A stretch of DNA of 63,094 nt, the filler included, from Phoronis australis (Eukaryota; Animalia; Phoronida): the NCBI GenBank assembly GCA_002633005.1. It is 8 parts of 8 records of this genome, joined end to end, with 100 filler letters (N's around TTAATTAATTAA, not from the genome) between each part and the next. Parts side by side here need not be neighbours in the genome. Positions count along the whole stretch, not along the records: positions 10,583 to 20,775 come from NMRA01001766.1; positions 20,876 to 24,492 come from NMRA01002939.1; positions 24,593 to 39,228 come from NMRA01001377.1; 5 more parts are not named here. One strand, 5' to 3'. Shown in pieces: positions 12,171 to 25,755 of the stretch. The notes beneath the pieces were generated by a model. It was not told the origin of the DNA. It searched no databases and worked only from the letters and a program-made list of their open reading frames with translations. Position 1 is the first letter of the stretch, and every line of letters starts with the position of its first letter. Made by a program: the position numbers and the translations under genes.

Positions 12171-12171
<1 letters not shown>

Positions 12172-12217
<46 letters not shown>

Positions 12218-12231
12218 CACACACACACACA
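12172..12231. repeat. (CA)n microsatellite
   Basis: Directly visible. Confidence 0.98.
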
Positions 12232-15200
12232 AGCGCGCGCGCTGATTTTGTTTGGTGCATATTTTTAAAGTCGCGTCCAGAATGACACGTTCTGAGTCCG
12301 AATGCTGCTCAGTGGAGTTAGACTTATTGGACGGTCGTGGCTCCGGCCACTGGGCTGCGAGTTTGGGAGAATTGTATATTCCACTCGCCGTATCGACGAA
12401 GACAATTTCCATTTAGGGAAAATCTATCCTCTGTTTAAGGTAACTGTGAACTTCGTTTACGAGGTTGTACTTATGTACAAATATCTTAACTTCTGTTAGC
12501 TCTAACCCCTACAAAGCATATATTTTCTGAAAGGTGAATAAATTTCCCAAAAAATTAATATTCCTATTTACCTGTCTTCATTTTTACGGGATATTCATTT
12601 TTAAATATTTTTTTACTTTAAACAGAGATTTTAAATATATTGTTCCTCAAATCATATTGATCATTTGTTAATATGTTGACAATGGCATTTTCGAGGGAAC
12701 CGTGTCTCAAATTTTTGAAATAGGTACATTGTATGAGCTTTTTTAAAACTTTGTAAATGGGCCACAGCGGGGGTGAAATATATCGGTTATCATTTTTCAT
12801 TCGCGAAATAACTTTTCGTTTTCAGTGTTGGTGTCTTTTTTAAAGAATTGGTGGTAAATATATGAAATGTGTAAGATTTTTTTTTCGTTCGGAAGCATTT
12901 GATGTGAACGTCCACAATGATTCTTTAATTTTTACCGAGGTTATTTACGCGCGATTGTTTACATCTGGCTACGCACTGTGAATGTCGCTTGGTGTGTTTC
13001 AAAGCGCTACGCACGACGATAAACAACACGGACACGAACCAACAACTAAAGCAAAATCAAATTCATAAACTACCTGTTAGTACACTTTTAGTAATAAATC
13101 TTACTTCGTAACGTCATGGTCCCACACTGTATGGCTCGCAGCTTTGTAACACTGACTCTCAGTTACATTTCAATTTACGGCATTAACTGTATTTACCTGG
13201 GGTACACGGTCGCACTTATTTCCGTTGTTGGTGTCCGTTGTCCACAGCTAGAAGGTGTAATCCATGTCCGGTTTCCTTCCGATGTGCTCCGATATTCAGG
13301 TTGTAAGACCTGCAGCGATGGATCAGTACACAATACAGTTACGATAATCATGAAAGAACATTTCAACCAGAGCCACTTGGGTTTAGAAGTCACCTACAAC
13401 GAATTAGCTATGCAATTAGTACTAGTGGGTTAGTTATACAAATTGTCCAAATTAACAGTATCCACGTTTGCCTTAAATGCCCCACTTTTCATTCAGCGTT
13501 ACAACACCGTATCGGTTAGTGGCAATTGAAAACGCTTATAATCGCCAGTCCACTCAGTGGACTCAAAAAGAAATTATCGCTGTTTTATACAGGTATATAA
13601 CGGTCATTTGATTTCGCAACTGGCGACATAATCAATACATCGACCAATATCACCAATACTGAATGTCACGTTTCTCCAATCATTTTAACTGTTAATTTTT
13701 TGACTGCTGAAACCATATTATATTCACGCATAATGTGCATAGCAGTATCCCTCATCGATTATAGATACGCTGTACACAACCGGGCTTCCTTTTAAAATCA
13801 AGTTTTTTAAGCGACATCAAAATGTCTACTGATGTGAAGTTAAAAACATAAAACTTGAAACTCTGATGTTTTGCTGAGCTACACAAGTGTGTCCCTGTCT
13901 ATTTCTCATACAGCACGTTGTTTTTGTTGTCGAAATTATGACTTCTTAACAATCTTCGGGGATATTCTAATTTAGTCTGGTCACTGCGTATTGCACAACC
14001 AATCTATTTTTGCTTAGTGGAGTTGCCAACTTTCTCACCAGCTGCCTCACTATACCGAAGTTCAGTGTAATCGTGTGTCTCCATTAGGACTATCACGATT
14101 TTAAAATAATTATCTGCGCGTGAGTGTGTGCGGTGTCTGTACATATACTCACATGGCATAATGGCACGAACTACTGATCGGACTTGGAAAAGGTCACCTG
14201 CAAGGGTAAAGCGAAGTGCAAGTCATGGGAAAGACTTGTGCAGGACCCCAGAAAAATGTCCCAATGTAGTAGCTGAAAATGAAACTTTATAATACCATGC
14301 TTTATGCACTGTTGCAATGAAAAATGCTGTCGGGAATTGTGTGATCCAACTTTGCATGAGGGCGGACTATTACTTTTATGATTTTCACGGAAAGATAAAA
14401 AGGTTCATTACACGAAAACGAAATGACACTTCAGAAATTTGTAACATGGTTTTTGAAATCTCATTTCGAACCTTTATATCAAACTAACTTTGGATATGTT
14501 AGGGATACCGTTGGTTTGCAATCAATACCCTTTTCTTTTTTGCTGTTTTTTCTAGTAAAACATGGTCACGTGACCCAATGAATGGTAGACCAATAAAAAA
14601 TCACAAATCGAATTATACAGGCTTTCTACTTTCGGAAAATACACACTTTTTCTGAGTTAAAATCTATAGTGTCCAAGATGTTGGGCTAAATACATAGAAT
14701 TGTCGATAAGCACCTGCTTGACAAGAAACAACTTGTTTTAGTTCCAGCGTGCGAACAAATTTACTTTTGTAACAGAGACTAATCGAACGGTTGTAACGTT
14801 GGCTATCACAATAAACATTTCCGATTTGGAACCGTATCGCATTTTTTCAATTTCCCTCTCACGCACATGCTCGAACAAGCAGGGTGAAGCACGTATTGTG
14901 ATAGAACACGTTGTTATTGAGTTCACTTTGAATTGGTGGGCTTAAACAATTGGCTTCTTCAGTCATTTCTCAGGGTGTCGTGTACATGCAGTCAGTCGGT
15001 AATTTGACGGAAGTGGAAAACACTGACTAATTGTTAATAATGACTTGAAGCTTCGTGAACAATCGCAATTTCGGATTTGATCAATGCTGAACGGTACTGT
15101 GGCACTCTGCTGGCGCTTGAAGCACAACGACATAAAATATTTTTGAACACTTGAGTAGTAGCGTGTCAAGTGAGCGGGCCACGTATGGGCACGTTTCATG

Positions 15201-15619
15201 AATAGAACGTTGGAGAAATGCAAACTACGCGAAGTGACATATTGTGGGCGACACTCATGTTCACATGAGATCAGTTCCAAGACGAATATGAATAGTCGGT
15301 CTTGTCAGCGGTCTTAGTCCGACGCTTAAAAGCCAGACTGCACGGCCACTAAAAGCGAGTGATTAGCGCATAACTTTAGTCCATCCTGTATGGTACACGG
15401 GCCCAGAAATGCGTGTCGATGCACGTCAAACTTTACTCTCAAAAATACATACTATATGTCCAACACGTATGGGCAGAGGTAGTTTAACATACATTTTGAA
15501 GTCTTAACGTTGCTTGCTAATATATTTACGTCAGACCTATAATTGAGCTTTGTACATGTACAAGTGATTATTGGAAGAACTGCGATAGCTATAGGTACAA
15601 ATGTATTCACAGTGGGAGA

Positions 15620-15990
15620 CCATGAGAGCTTAATTTGTTCTTTTTAGACATACTTATGGTATACATCATTAATGAACAAAGGAGTAATGCGTACGTCATA
15701 ACACAGACAAATAGATCTGATGCGCCGGAAGTTGGGTGAGGTTTGCAATCTCGCTAAGTAATAGGTAAAAACGCGTGATGAATGTTCACGCGCTAAAGAA
15801 TCAATTGCCACTCCAGACAAAACAAATTTTCGTCCAAACAATTGATGAACTACCATTACCGTTGAAATATCGTTCAAGAACTCGCACAATCACTCCCACT
15901 CAATGAGAAAAATTGCCGCAGAAGGTTTTCTACAGTGTATTTCTTCAAAGTTTATAATTTGCAACTGCTCCAAGTTCAGCGGCTCCGTGT
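15620..15990 (-). mobile_element. Very degraded non-LTR reverse transcriptase remnant
   Basis: FLND...V.V......V.SGVAIDS...F.YY...L......CYD resembles the FLxDR..V..SGVPQGS..LF.IY..FADD block. Weak match. Confidence 0.3.
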
Positions 15991-17049
15991 CACCCCGATT
16001 ATTTTGGGAACAAACTCGTAAGAAACGGACTTTACTTTATGGTTCGCCATAACTTAACTTAGATCTGATTTTTTCAAATAGATTTAGTATCCATTTTCAT
16101 TTATAGCAGGGACCTTAAATTTTAATTGCATAACAGCTTTTCTGTGTTTTTTGTTCATGCCTGTTTCTGTATTTGTAAACAGATCGTTTAATAATCAAAT
16201 TATCATGTTGCTATACCACAGAATTTGTCTCTTGTAATTTTGATATCTATCAGTAAGTAATCCTTTTTATATTTAATGTTCTTATAATTGTTAATCTGTT
16301 AATAACGTTTCCGACATGCGGGCAGTGATCGTATCAATTCTTGTATAATTCTTAAAATGAAATAAAAATCTGTCTAGTAGCAGGTGACTAGTTAAGGGAT
16401 AACGACTTGGAAAAGAGCGACATCGGCCGGGACTCCGCAAAAGCTTTCTTGAGAGCCCAATATAATGGTTATACATGTAATTCCCCATTCCGAAGCGCTG
16501 CGTTCCTTTCCTGAGTTGGTCTGAGTAAGAGTCCTGAACACAGGTAATTTAATTATAAATCACAAAACGTTTATATGATAACAACAATATGAATGATAAT
16601 AATAACAAAAAGAGCAGTGACGAGTAAAAATAACAGTGATATACATGTAGTATGTAGCAAAAACCTAAAGCGGCTCTGAACGATGTCGTCGTGCCAAAAA
16701 CAGATTTGTTTTCGCACGCATACATACGCTTCCATAACGACATCTATCACGGTGTTATATATTAGAAGTGAAATTGGTAACAATATTTCGTCTAGAAAAT
16801 TCCATCGTGCCAATATCTTGAACTTTCGGTGTCTGAACTGTACGTTCATTCCGTGACTTCGGTGCTATTGAGCTTTGTCTGATGCAAGAACTGTCTAGGA
16901 ACTGACAGTTCATCTGGAACCCAAAGATTATTTCTAAACTGATTAAGGAACAAGATGTAACTACAGAGGTGACGTAGGAATTATTCTCTGGTAACGGACA
17001 TTAAACCAATACGCGGTAAGGAGTTCTATGATTCCGATTATATTACATT

Positions 17050-18300
17050 AAGCGGCTTAAATTTATTCTTTTTGGCAGTTAAACAGGCCCAAATGCAGCA
17101 TTAACGCAGGTTCAGAACAAAAACATGGCTTCTGATTTTGACAGAATGATAGAAATTCAAGTCATGAGAGTTAGTGTTTGTACTCTTCAAACACAAGACT
17201 GTGCAGCTTTAAAGTTTCGGTTCAGTATTTTTTGAAAACACCCTGACGACTTTGTCCAAGTTGACTTCTTCTCCATGGTGAATATGCGGAACAACCAAAG
17301 TTGTTCATGGGCGGCGCACCATACGGGCTGGGGAGCTATAGCCCAGACTTATTTCAGTGCTGCGCCGCTCATGGTGACAGCGAATTTGGAATTGTTGAAA
17401 CCCACACACGTAAACCCTAATTTCAATACCCAGGCACATTAATTTATACTTATCTTGAGTTCTCACTAAAGTAGAACGGAAATTGCTAAAAATAATTACG
17501 TGTTCAATTTCGAGTACAAAAAAGTAAAATCCTGGCCCCTGAATGGATAGCTTACATAGTCAAACAGTTTTTGAGAGTTTGTAGTAGAAACACCAAATCT
17601 AAGTGGCACCTCATTTCTTGCTCGAATCGTGAATGGTATTGCAAAGCTAACAGAAAAGATGTTTTGTAATAATCCAATCAGACTTGGGAAATATCTCATC
17701 TAGACATCCTTGTGCTGTGTTACTGAGAGGCTTTTGTTTAAAACATGATAATGACTACATGTTTATGGTTGAGCAAGGGTCAGGAAGTCGACGAAAATAA
17801 TAATTTTCAATTAAGGTTCTGTGACATCACTTTCTTATTTTGAAAGTTTGGGTCAGATCCGTGGCCGATTATTTCACTTAATTTGTGGAAACGGCATCGA
17901 CAATCGAACTCGAAACGCTGAATGCTGAGATCGAATCATTGATCCAAAGCCGTTGGTGATGAACCAATTAGTCGACCTCCCCTCTGTGAGACGGTCGGCT
18001 TATAAGAGGCACATTGAATAAAGGCTGCTGTCGACAAAACTCATTTAATTTTGATAAGTCCATTTGCAGCGATGGCATTGACCTCGACCTGATGATCAGA
18101 TGACAAGTGATTTTTGGTCTTGCAAAGATTAGGGTTCGTTACTCGCCGTGACTACTTGCCTAATGTTACATTAAAGAGACATGTGACGCGAAAGCTCGTC
18201 CAAATATCTTTCAAACAATTGCTGAGGACAGTGCCATCTCACAACGTCTTCTACAGAGTTATTCACATTCTTCTGAGAGGGAATTTCCACAAAAAAATCA
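17050..18300 (-). mobile_element. Very degraded BEL/Pao pol remnant
   Basis: RYFPSLIGLLQNIF...PFTIRAR and WTKSSGCFQKILNRNFK...RVQ loosely follow Pao RT/RNase H motifs in the expected order. Confidence 0.35.
17306..17373. mobile_element. Tiny MITE-like inverted repeat
   Basis: catgggcggcgca...tgcgccgctcatg. Confidence 0.55.
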
Positions 18301-19259
18301 CAAAATTTAAGATTTTTGAAATACGTGAGAAGAAAAACTCTGTAGTCACCACAGAGTTTCTAATCTCCCCCCCCCCCCCCCCCCCCCCCCCCCCNTGATA
18401 GATGTACGCATGTGCTCACAGTCCTGTGACAAACAGCTTGTCTCTCAAGATGGATATCAAGGGCATACATGTAGTAACGTGTGATTGCACTCTCAGTCTG
18501 AGGTCGGCAGCAGCCAGAATATGAGGCAAACCACTGAAGCAAGCGATTTTCCAAAAAGAATTCCAAGTGCATTTTAGAATACATCTGAACACAACGCTAC
18601 CTTTATAACTACTTTAAACATTTAGGCCATACACCAATTCCCGCTTATTCGCACTGGCTGCTGCTTGTCGCCATTGTTTTGTTTACATCTCAAAGGCCAA
18701 AGGTCACATTTTCAATGTGAGGGGAAATGTGCTACATGCCTATGGATGCCTTGCCATTCCAAATAAGGAGACGTGCTTAGCCTTGTGGGAGAAAAATTGA
18801 CGAATTGACGACCTGTTGATATATCTTTTTGAAATTTGGAACTAAACGAGAAATATTCTGAACAGAAATTCAAAACCTTTACGAACAAGGCGTAAAAATA
18901 CCTGGTAAAGAGGTTTTGAATTTGGCGGAAAATTACTTTGCATGATTCAATTTAGTCGGTTTTTCGTGTTTCAGGCCTATTTAAACATTGTTCAGTTCTT
19001 TCTAAGCGCATAACTACCCCCATCAGGTTCAGCGTGCCGAATTTGCTGCTTTGATCATCACCAGAAATTCGTGAACTAGGCTCCGCAAGGTTGTGATCGT
19101 CGTGTGAGTGTCACGCTTGTTCCCTGATTATCGCTAGGTGGTAGAGAACCCACAGGTATCACTTAATTTTCCTCGGGGAATTTTTTATACAGACGTTGGG
19201 GTTGGTCGAATTTTCCACAGGTAGCGCTTTACGCAAACAAACTGGCATTACTGATGGAG

Positions 19260-19720
19260 GGAGTGTAAATGTGGTCTGTTGTACAGACAAAACGGTGCTT
19301 TACCGGCTATAGTTGCATTGGTCTGTGCGGGCTTGTGGCCGCGAGGATTTAACGTTGAAAAACAGCACTAAGCATATCAAGGTTTGTAGATGCCACTTCA
19401 CCACGGGAAAACCGAACCGGAGAAACAACAATCATGTGGAGTTTTATCCTACGTTAAATCTACTTATTAGCTCCACGACAGGTAACTCTGAACATTCCTC
19501 CATTCAGAGATTCTGTGCAGATTCAGCCAACTGCGAAGCAGGCTGAAAACACTCGGCGTATTGCTGCCGTGAGAATCCATGTAGACCGAATGATTCAAAA
19601 GGTAAAGACTTTTCATTTGATTGATGGTGTTTTACCGCTATCACTTCACAATCTTGCAAATAATGTTTTTAAAGTTTGTACTGTACCTACCTTCCAAAGT
19701 TCTAAACACCGAATCTGTAT
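19260..19720 (+). mobile_element. ISL2EU/PIF-Harbinger remnant: THAP domain joined by deletion to the DDE_Tnp_4 C-terminus
   Basis: WSVRACGREDL...KVCRCHFTTGKP...YPTL (THAP), followed by ENTRRIAAVRIHVDRMIQKVKTFHLIDGVLPLSL...VFKVC (Harbinger-type transposase tail). Confidence 0.8.
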
Positions 19721-19864
19721 TTTTGTCGAATAAACAGTTAAAACTCCATGGTTTTGGATCAGTGGTTGAATCTCAGGGCTTGCCAACTGTCTTGTAAACG
19801 TGTGTTGGATATGTGTACTTCAAGTGAGCGACCGTGCAATTTGAACGCATTTTGTTTTTTATCT

Positions 19865-20204
19865 CATACGCGTTGAACCAGTCGAGTGCAATACGGCCAC
19901 GTGATATAATTGTTTTCCGTACTCATCTCCCGCGCTACTTCAAGAGTGCCCTCTGACTTGGAAAGCTCAAAAGGTAGGCCCGAACGAGCCCCCCCCCCAT
20001 TGCGCGAAGTGGGCAAAAATTCAGCCTCAGAGAAGCAAAAACCCCGAGAAAACGACACGGAAATCCAATAAGTACATTGTACATGTAGGTAGGAATTTGG
20101 CGAATGCACCATTCATAGCTCTGAATGTACCCCGTTTTTTTTCATTAAAGGTCCACATTCTCAAAAATTCGAGCCCCGTATATTTTAGGCTGGGTGCGCG
20201 TATG
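19865..20204. mobile_element. MITE; related copy at 55074-55306
   Basis: catacgcg... / ...gctgggtgcgcgtatg. Shares the aaaaattcgagcc...ttttaggctgggtgcgc end with 55263-55306. Confidence 0.65.
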
Positions 20205-21139
20205 GATAACATTCGGCGCGCAATCAGGTCATAAACGTAACATCTGGTAGATAAATGTTAATAATATCACACTTCAGTCTCAGTTTTCAGTTGTTAAATA
20301 TTGTATCGTCTGCAACTCAGGCGCCAATTCCTCGGTAACTACAATATCAAATATTGTTGTCATTTAACTAATTTCAGAAAATGTAACAAGTTCAATTGAC
20401 AATTACAGTTATTTTCATCTTTGTTATTTCTTTTTAAGTAAGAAATTTTTAATATTTAAAATTGTTTCTTTTACTGGAGAAAACTTGTAACCTAAAAACA
20501 TATAGAATGTGATCCGCCACGTACACAGTCTGGGTGAAGTATTTAAGTACTAGTCCACGAGAGCACCAACCATGAGCGGCAAGGTGGGGGTCAGCCGATT
20601 TTCACCAAATTTGGCACATATGTAGTCATGTGGAATCTATAAACAGCGGTAAAATATTTCCTCAAAATATTTTGTTTTTCTAAAGTTATAGGTTCAAATA
20701 CATTTTACGGTTTCGCAGCCATGTTTTCACGGTATAAAAACTGTCCAGTTTTAACTGTTCATATTTTTCCTTGAANNNNNNNNNNNNNNNNNNNNNNNNN
20801 NNNNNNNNNNNNNNNNNNNTTAATTAATTAANNNNNNNNNNNNNNNNNNNNNNNNNNNNNNNNNNNNNNNNNNNNTAGAGGACCCTAATCAGTACATTTT
20901 TGTTAGACACCATTTTTTAATTTTGCAGTATGGATAGTCTATTCTCACTTGAAACGCGTTTGTACTTAACAAAAAGGTCGATCGAGAAAACTTCTTTTAT
21001 GATCGACATATGTCCCGAATAATAGATAATAAATTATACGTGCGTCACAAGCTCGTTACCAAACTGAAAACGAGACGGAGTTGGGCGATGAGGTCATTTA
21101 TTATGACTAGTACAATTACAATATAATGAATACAGGTAA

Positions 21140-21750
21140 ATAACGTAAGAATGGTAATCTCTTATGCACAGATGTTTCGGTAGACATGTCAGTCACAAGC
21201 TTCAAGTGGACAGCTCTAGTAACGCCACGCAGTTGAACAGGCAAAAGTAACATTTGTTTTTTCGCGATTGCGCATTTTTGTAGTAAAGTACCCCGGTGAA
21301 CTCCAGTAAAACTAAATGGTGGCGCTTCATCCAGTCGGAATTTACATGTAGGTAATGACAGCTTCACAAGTACACAGTAAGATGTCCTACTATATATGAC
21401 TTTCAAGCAGGTAACACACTTCCGAAGGACCTTGGCGTACGCTCGGTACTGATCCAGTATGTCTGATGGATGTACAGGTACGCTGCTGTAGTTGACAGAA
21501 CTCCTCCATGTAATACTGCATGGTGTGCTGATCGTACAATCAGCTTCGCAAGCTCGCAATGAGCTAGTAAAAGTACTAATGGGATGTATAGCTTCAAATG
21601 GGATCTGCCCTATTTGAATTCTGCAACTCAAACATTCGAGAGAGTTGGACTATATGTAAACATTGGTTTGACAACTTTCTCTCTGCAATCACTGTCAAAC
21701 TCACAACGCGGCTGTATCCCGGGTGCGCAAGAATAATTCAAGATCGGACA
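21140..21750 (-). mobile_element. BEL/Pao LTR-retrotransposon integrase fragment
   Basis: LAHPG...; KVLRKCVTCLK...LP...RLDEAPPFSFTGV...VTRAVHLKLVTDMSTE, the characteristic Pao integrase Zn-finger and core start. Confidence 0.85.
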
Positions 21751-21924
21751 AGCGACAGAGGCACTGTAATTTTTTAACCCCAAAAATTACTTCGATTTAA
21801 AAATTCAACAATACCCCGACTACGTAACTGCATTCGTGCCTCTAGGCAAGCCTTATCTATTTACCTCTCAGTCAGGCTCGGAGTCAGCCAGGCTCAGCCC
21901 ACGAAGCAGTCCCAGCACCTAACG

Positions 21925-22094
21925 CAGTGGCGGATTTAGAGGGGGGGCCAAGGGGGCCATGCCCCTCCCACCCTAAAATTCTCCCAGATTCCATTAGGCA
22001 GTTCGGAGGTGAGAATGTCTGACGGGAAAATTCCTGGCTAATATGCTGCCCTGCCCTTCCCCCCACCCCTAACTCAAAATGCTGGATCCGCCCC
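21925..22094. mobile_element. Small hAT-like MITE in the first GST intron; related left end at 23705
   Basis: cagtggcggatttagaggggggg...ctggatccgcccc termini. Confidence 0.65.
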
Positions 22095-22144
22095 CCAATA
22101 GTCAAACAGTGCATTGAAATGTAACATTTTATGTTAATACTCAC

Positions 22145-22180
22145 CCCTCGAGTATCCCAGTATGCTAGAGTAATCGGCAT
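22145..22180 (-). CDS. GSTM: Glutathione S-transferase mu-class, exon 1 (MPITLAYWDTRG)
   Basis: ATG...GGG|gtgagt. The sequence and the 36-nt first exon match mu-class GST (MPMILGYWDIRG|). Later exons were not found in this contig. Confidence 0.85.
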
Positions 22181-22264
22181 TGCAATTGACAATTCAAACC
22201 CGAGCTACGGTTAGCACCAGGACAGTAGACACCTTTTTCTAATAAAGAGCCTTGCAATGCCCCG

Positions 22265-22340
22265 TCATTACCACGTGACGCACGGTCAAATTGGTTGGGT
22301 TCCGGAGGTTTCCAGATAAGCGCCGATGCGCCTGCGCACT
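22265..22340. promoter_or_regulatory. Putative promoter upstream of GSTM: E-box and NRF1-like site
   Basis: CACGTG at 22272-22277 (GTCACGTGG on minus) and TGCGCCTGCGCA at 22327-22338, 90-160 bp upstream of the GST ATG. Confidence 0.45.
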
Positions 22341-23256
22341 GAAAAGATGTTACCGTTCATTCCCGATAAACATTGTCCATTGCTGCCTCAGTATTTGAGG
22401 TCAACTATTATATTATTTTCAATATCCAAATGCATCAGCTCTGATTCCTAGTCCGGACGGCAACTTATGATACCAACGGTTCGGACGGGACACTCGAATC
22501 AGCGAACCTCCCTCGATCGCTATGGCAGCGCCGTCTGGCGACACTGTGAAGCATTTCTGTATAGAATATCTGTTGCAAATGATCCTTTCGCTACGCAGTT
22601 AAAAAGGACTCTGGTCAGCTCCAATTATCAATTTATATATTAATTGTTTGTCTTTGTCTGAAAGAGTTTGGTGCTCTGTACCGTGTGTGCGCTGATGATA
22701 GCTCATCAAGGTGTAGGCCAATTTCTAGCAGTTTTTGAATGCAGTTTCTACCCGAGAGCTAGGATTCATGCTTCATGTGCTGGGGCTTTCATTGCTGACT
22801 ATTAAGTTTACGGTGACACACAGTCACGTCATGTCACAACTTAGAAGCAAGTTCTTACTCATTTTTACAGTTTGGTGGTTTGTTGATCATATATTCTCTC
22901 ATTACCGGTACATATATCATGTTATGTTTTAGTTAAAATGAAGCAGTAGCGTTCTCTTGAGACCAGATGTAATCACCTCTTATTGCAGAATCTCCATGTC
23001 TCAGCAGTTATGTTTTTTCTGCATTTAGTGAATGGACCAACTGTTTCCGTCACAATTGTGTTACTTGCACCATCTACCAACTTTTTTATTCTTGTTACAA
23101 GAATTAGAAAGAGTTACAACTCTGGTTCGCCCAGTGGCGGTGAAATTCTCGCTGATTACATTAAAAAATTGTCACTGTATTGAAAATTTACTCAAATTTT
23201 AGCATTGCATAAGTACCTCACGTTCATTTCTGTGTTTCACGTGTCTGTCACTACAG

Positions 23257-23395
23257 CAAGCGTGTCCCCGGTGATGTGCACAACCAGGTCAAGAAGACGC
23301 TGCAGGATATGATGAAGAGGCACAGTAACTTTCGGAGCATTCTCGCCAGCAGGAATGTCAGCTACGTCCCCGTTGGCCCCAGTTTTATTGACCAG
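23257..23395 (+). CDS. Probable internal exon of an unidentified gene (KRVPGDVHNQVKKTLQDMMKRHSNFRSILASRNVSYVPVGPSFIDQ)
   Basis: Pyrimidine-rich tract and ctacag| acceptor, CAG|gtact donor, 139-nt open frame with GC-rich third positions. Protein not recognised. Confidence 0.55.
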
Positions 23396-23949
23396 GTACT
23401 TTAAGCAGACAAGAGTAGTGGACTTGTATGCAAAGTGGTTACAGGCAAATGTCCTTATTAACAGCTCTAAAATCATTTTAGTTAACTATGCTAAAAAAAC
23501 TTACAACCTTTTCCATGGCAGAAAAATATATTCCTCATCAGGATTTTCAGGCTAAAACCATAGATAGGAAGGAAATGTTTTATCAACTGATCTAAGATGT
23601 AGGGTTGTGGCAGGGCTTACTGACTTGGATTTTGCCAAAAGAAGAACCTGGGAACACAAAGTAATTTGACTGAACGTCTCTTATAGGATTCGTTTTATTG
23701 ACTACAGTGGCGGATCTAGGATATCACAAGGGGGGGGGGCAACTTTTTGTCCGGCTGTNAACATTTGCGCAAACTGAACCACGATTGTAGACGCGCATAG
23801 CACCGAATGGGGGGAGGTCGGGAGGGTGGTTTTGCTCAGGAAATTTTTCTGTTTTTACCTCTAAAAATCAAGCATTTTCCTTGATTTCTGAAGTATTATC
23901 CAAGAAAAAAGGCAAAAAAGGAGAACGTGTCAAACAGGAAAAACTGCAT

Positions 23950-24015
23950 GTACCAAAGACTCGAACTCACGACCTTGCGCATAGTGCGCGCTTGCGTTAC
24001 CACTGCACCACCGCG
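23950..24015 (-). repeat. tRNA-derived (SINE-head-like) sequence
   Basis: Minus strand A-box TGGTGCAGTGG and B-box-like GAGTTCGAGTC. No intact cloverleaf. Confidence 0.5.
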
Positions 24016-25334
24016 ATTTATCTTCTAATCTCATTCTAAAAGACCTACTTGTTTATGGTCCACAGCGTTTGCTTCTTTTTGTAATGCTTATTACACGTTT
24101 TGTGCCTTCGAATCTTAACAAATTTGTCGTATTTAAAATAGTCATCAAATGCCCAAAAGACCAAATCCGTTTTTCGTGTTGGCAATAATGACGTGATTGC
24201 TTTGGAAATCGTCTTAACTACATGTAAGGTTTGACAAAGAGAGTATTGCGAGTTTCTGAGTGATTCACTAAGGCTTCGATTAAAATTCACATCTTACCAG
24301 CAGCTTCTGGTTTTTCATCGTCACTCAGGTTCCATTTTCTTTAAAAAATGAAGTAAATTTTCTTCATTGCACAGTGGAGCAGACGACGGAAACTGAGTCG
24401 TAGTGCGCAGCGTCACTGCCGGTCGCCTGGGATATAGCGGGAGAGCCTATACTTAGCCATAGTTCCGGTACGAATGCGCCGTCTTCCGAATTNNNNNNNN
24501 NNNNNNNNNNNNNNNNNNNNNNNNNNNNNNNNNNNNTTAATTAATTAANNNNNNNNNNNNNNNNNNNNNNNNNNNNNNNNNNNNNNNNNNNNAATTTTTT
24601 TATCAAAATGTTTCGTTAAAAGATTAGAAAAGCGTAAACAGTGCTATCAAGTCGACCTAGTCAGAGACCATAGTGCATGTGTTGTCTGTAATCTATGACC
24701 TACTTTACTCCAGGAGTCCCACCAGTTGTGACCTACTTTTCATTTGGCGAAATTTAGCAGACGACAGAATAAAAATATCGGCGAATCTTCACTGAATTTA
24801 TTCGAAAGATCATGAAATCTATGGAATCGTACAGATAATTCGACTTTAAGGTACATGCCCAGCTTTACATGAACGTATCGTATCAGTGGCCTTGTCATTT
24901 GTCAGGTGAAGGTGACCCCGAGGCCGAGGGGTTCTTCGGATTTTCGCTGCCTCCTCGAGCACTTATTTTTTCATCGTCACCTTTAGAAGTTTCCATATCA
25001 TGAACGTACAATTCTCTGATGAAAAGCATTCTCTCTTGTCTCTGTCGAAGCGTTTTCAAATAGTGCAAAAACACTCATCGATTCCAAGGCACCAGGAACG
25101 TCGTTTAGGGACAGTGTATTTGCTTCTGACATCTCGTTGATTGTCGGGTATCACGTGACTTTTCGCATAGGGTCGGAGCTTGCGATAGGTCAATTGTAGG
25201 CTTACTAACTACAGCAAGAGAGGCTTTTCTACCTTGCGACAGCTCCAACATTTAGCAAATCAAAATAACACTGATCGTAGGAGGATAATGGAATCCATCT
25301 GTATCAGAAAAAATGAGCAGGCAATGAACTTTGA

Positions 25335-25755
25335 GCACGGTTGCATGAAACAGTCCCAAATTCAATGTAGGGATTCAAGTAAGTTCCCTTAATATTTTCG
25401 TGTTTAGGCATAGATGTAATATTTGTCATTTTATCTTTATTACGAACTGTTTTTGACTAATGGCGTTTTCTAATTATATCACTAAAAACTAAGCCCTTCA
25501 TTCAGTCAAAACAATTAGGAACTTATTTCTTAAATTAGGAAAGTTGCATGAAAAGATCTCTACTTGTTTTTCAACAATATTGAGACTTCAACGTAGAATT
25601 CACTCTCGATTTGTATCAAAGCCAAAAAATGACTTAGTAATGAGACTCAAACAGCATAAAACAGAACAATTAGTGTTTCCAAAGACCCACAAGTACGCAG
25701 AAAATTTAGGGAACTTAGATGAATCCCTATTTGGGACTGTTTCATGCAACCGGGC
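25335..25755. mobile_element. MITE with ~60-bp TIRs (PIF/Harbinger-like ends)
   Basis: gcacggttgcatgaaacagtcccaaat... / ...atttgggactgtttcatgcaaccgggc. Confidence 0.75.
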
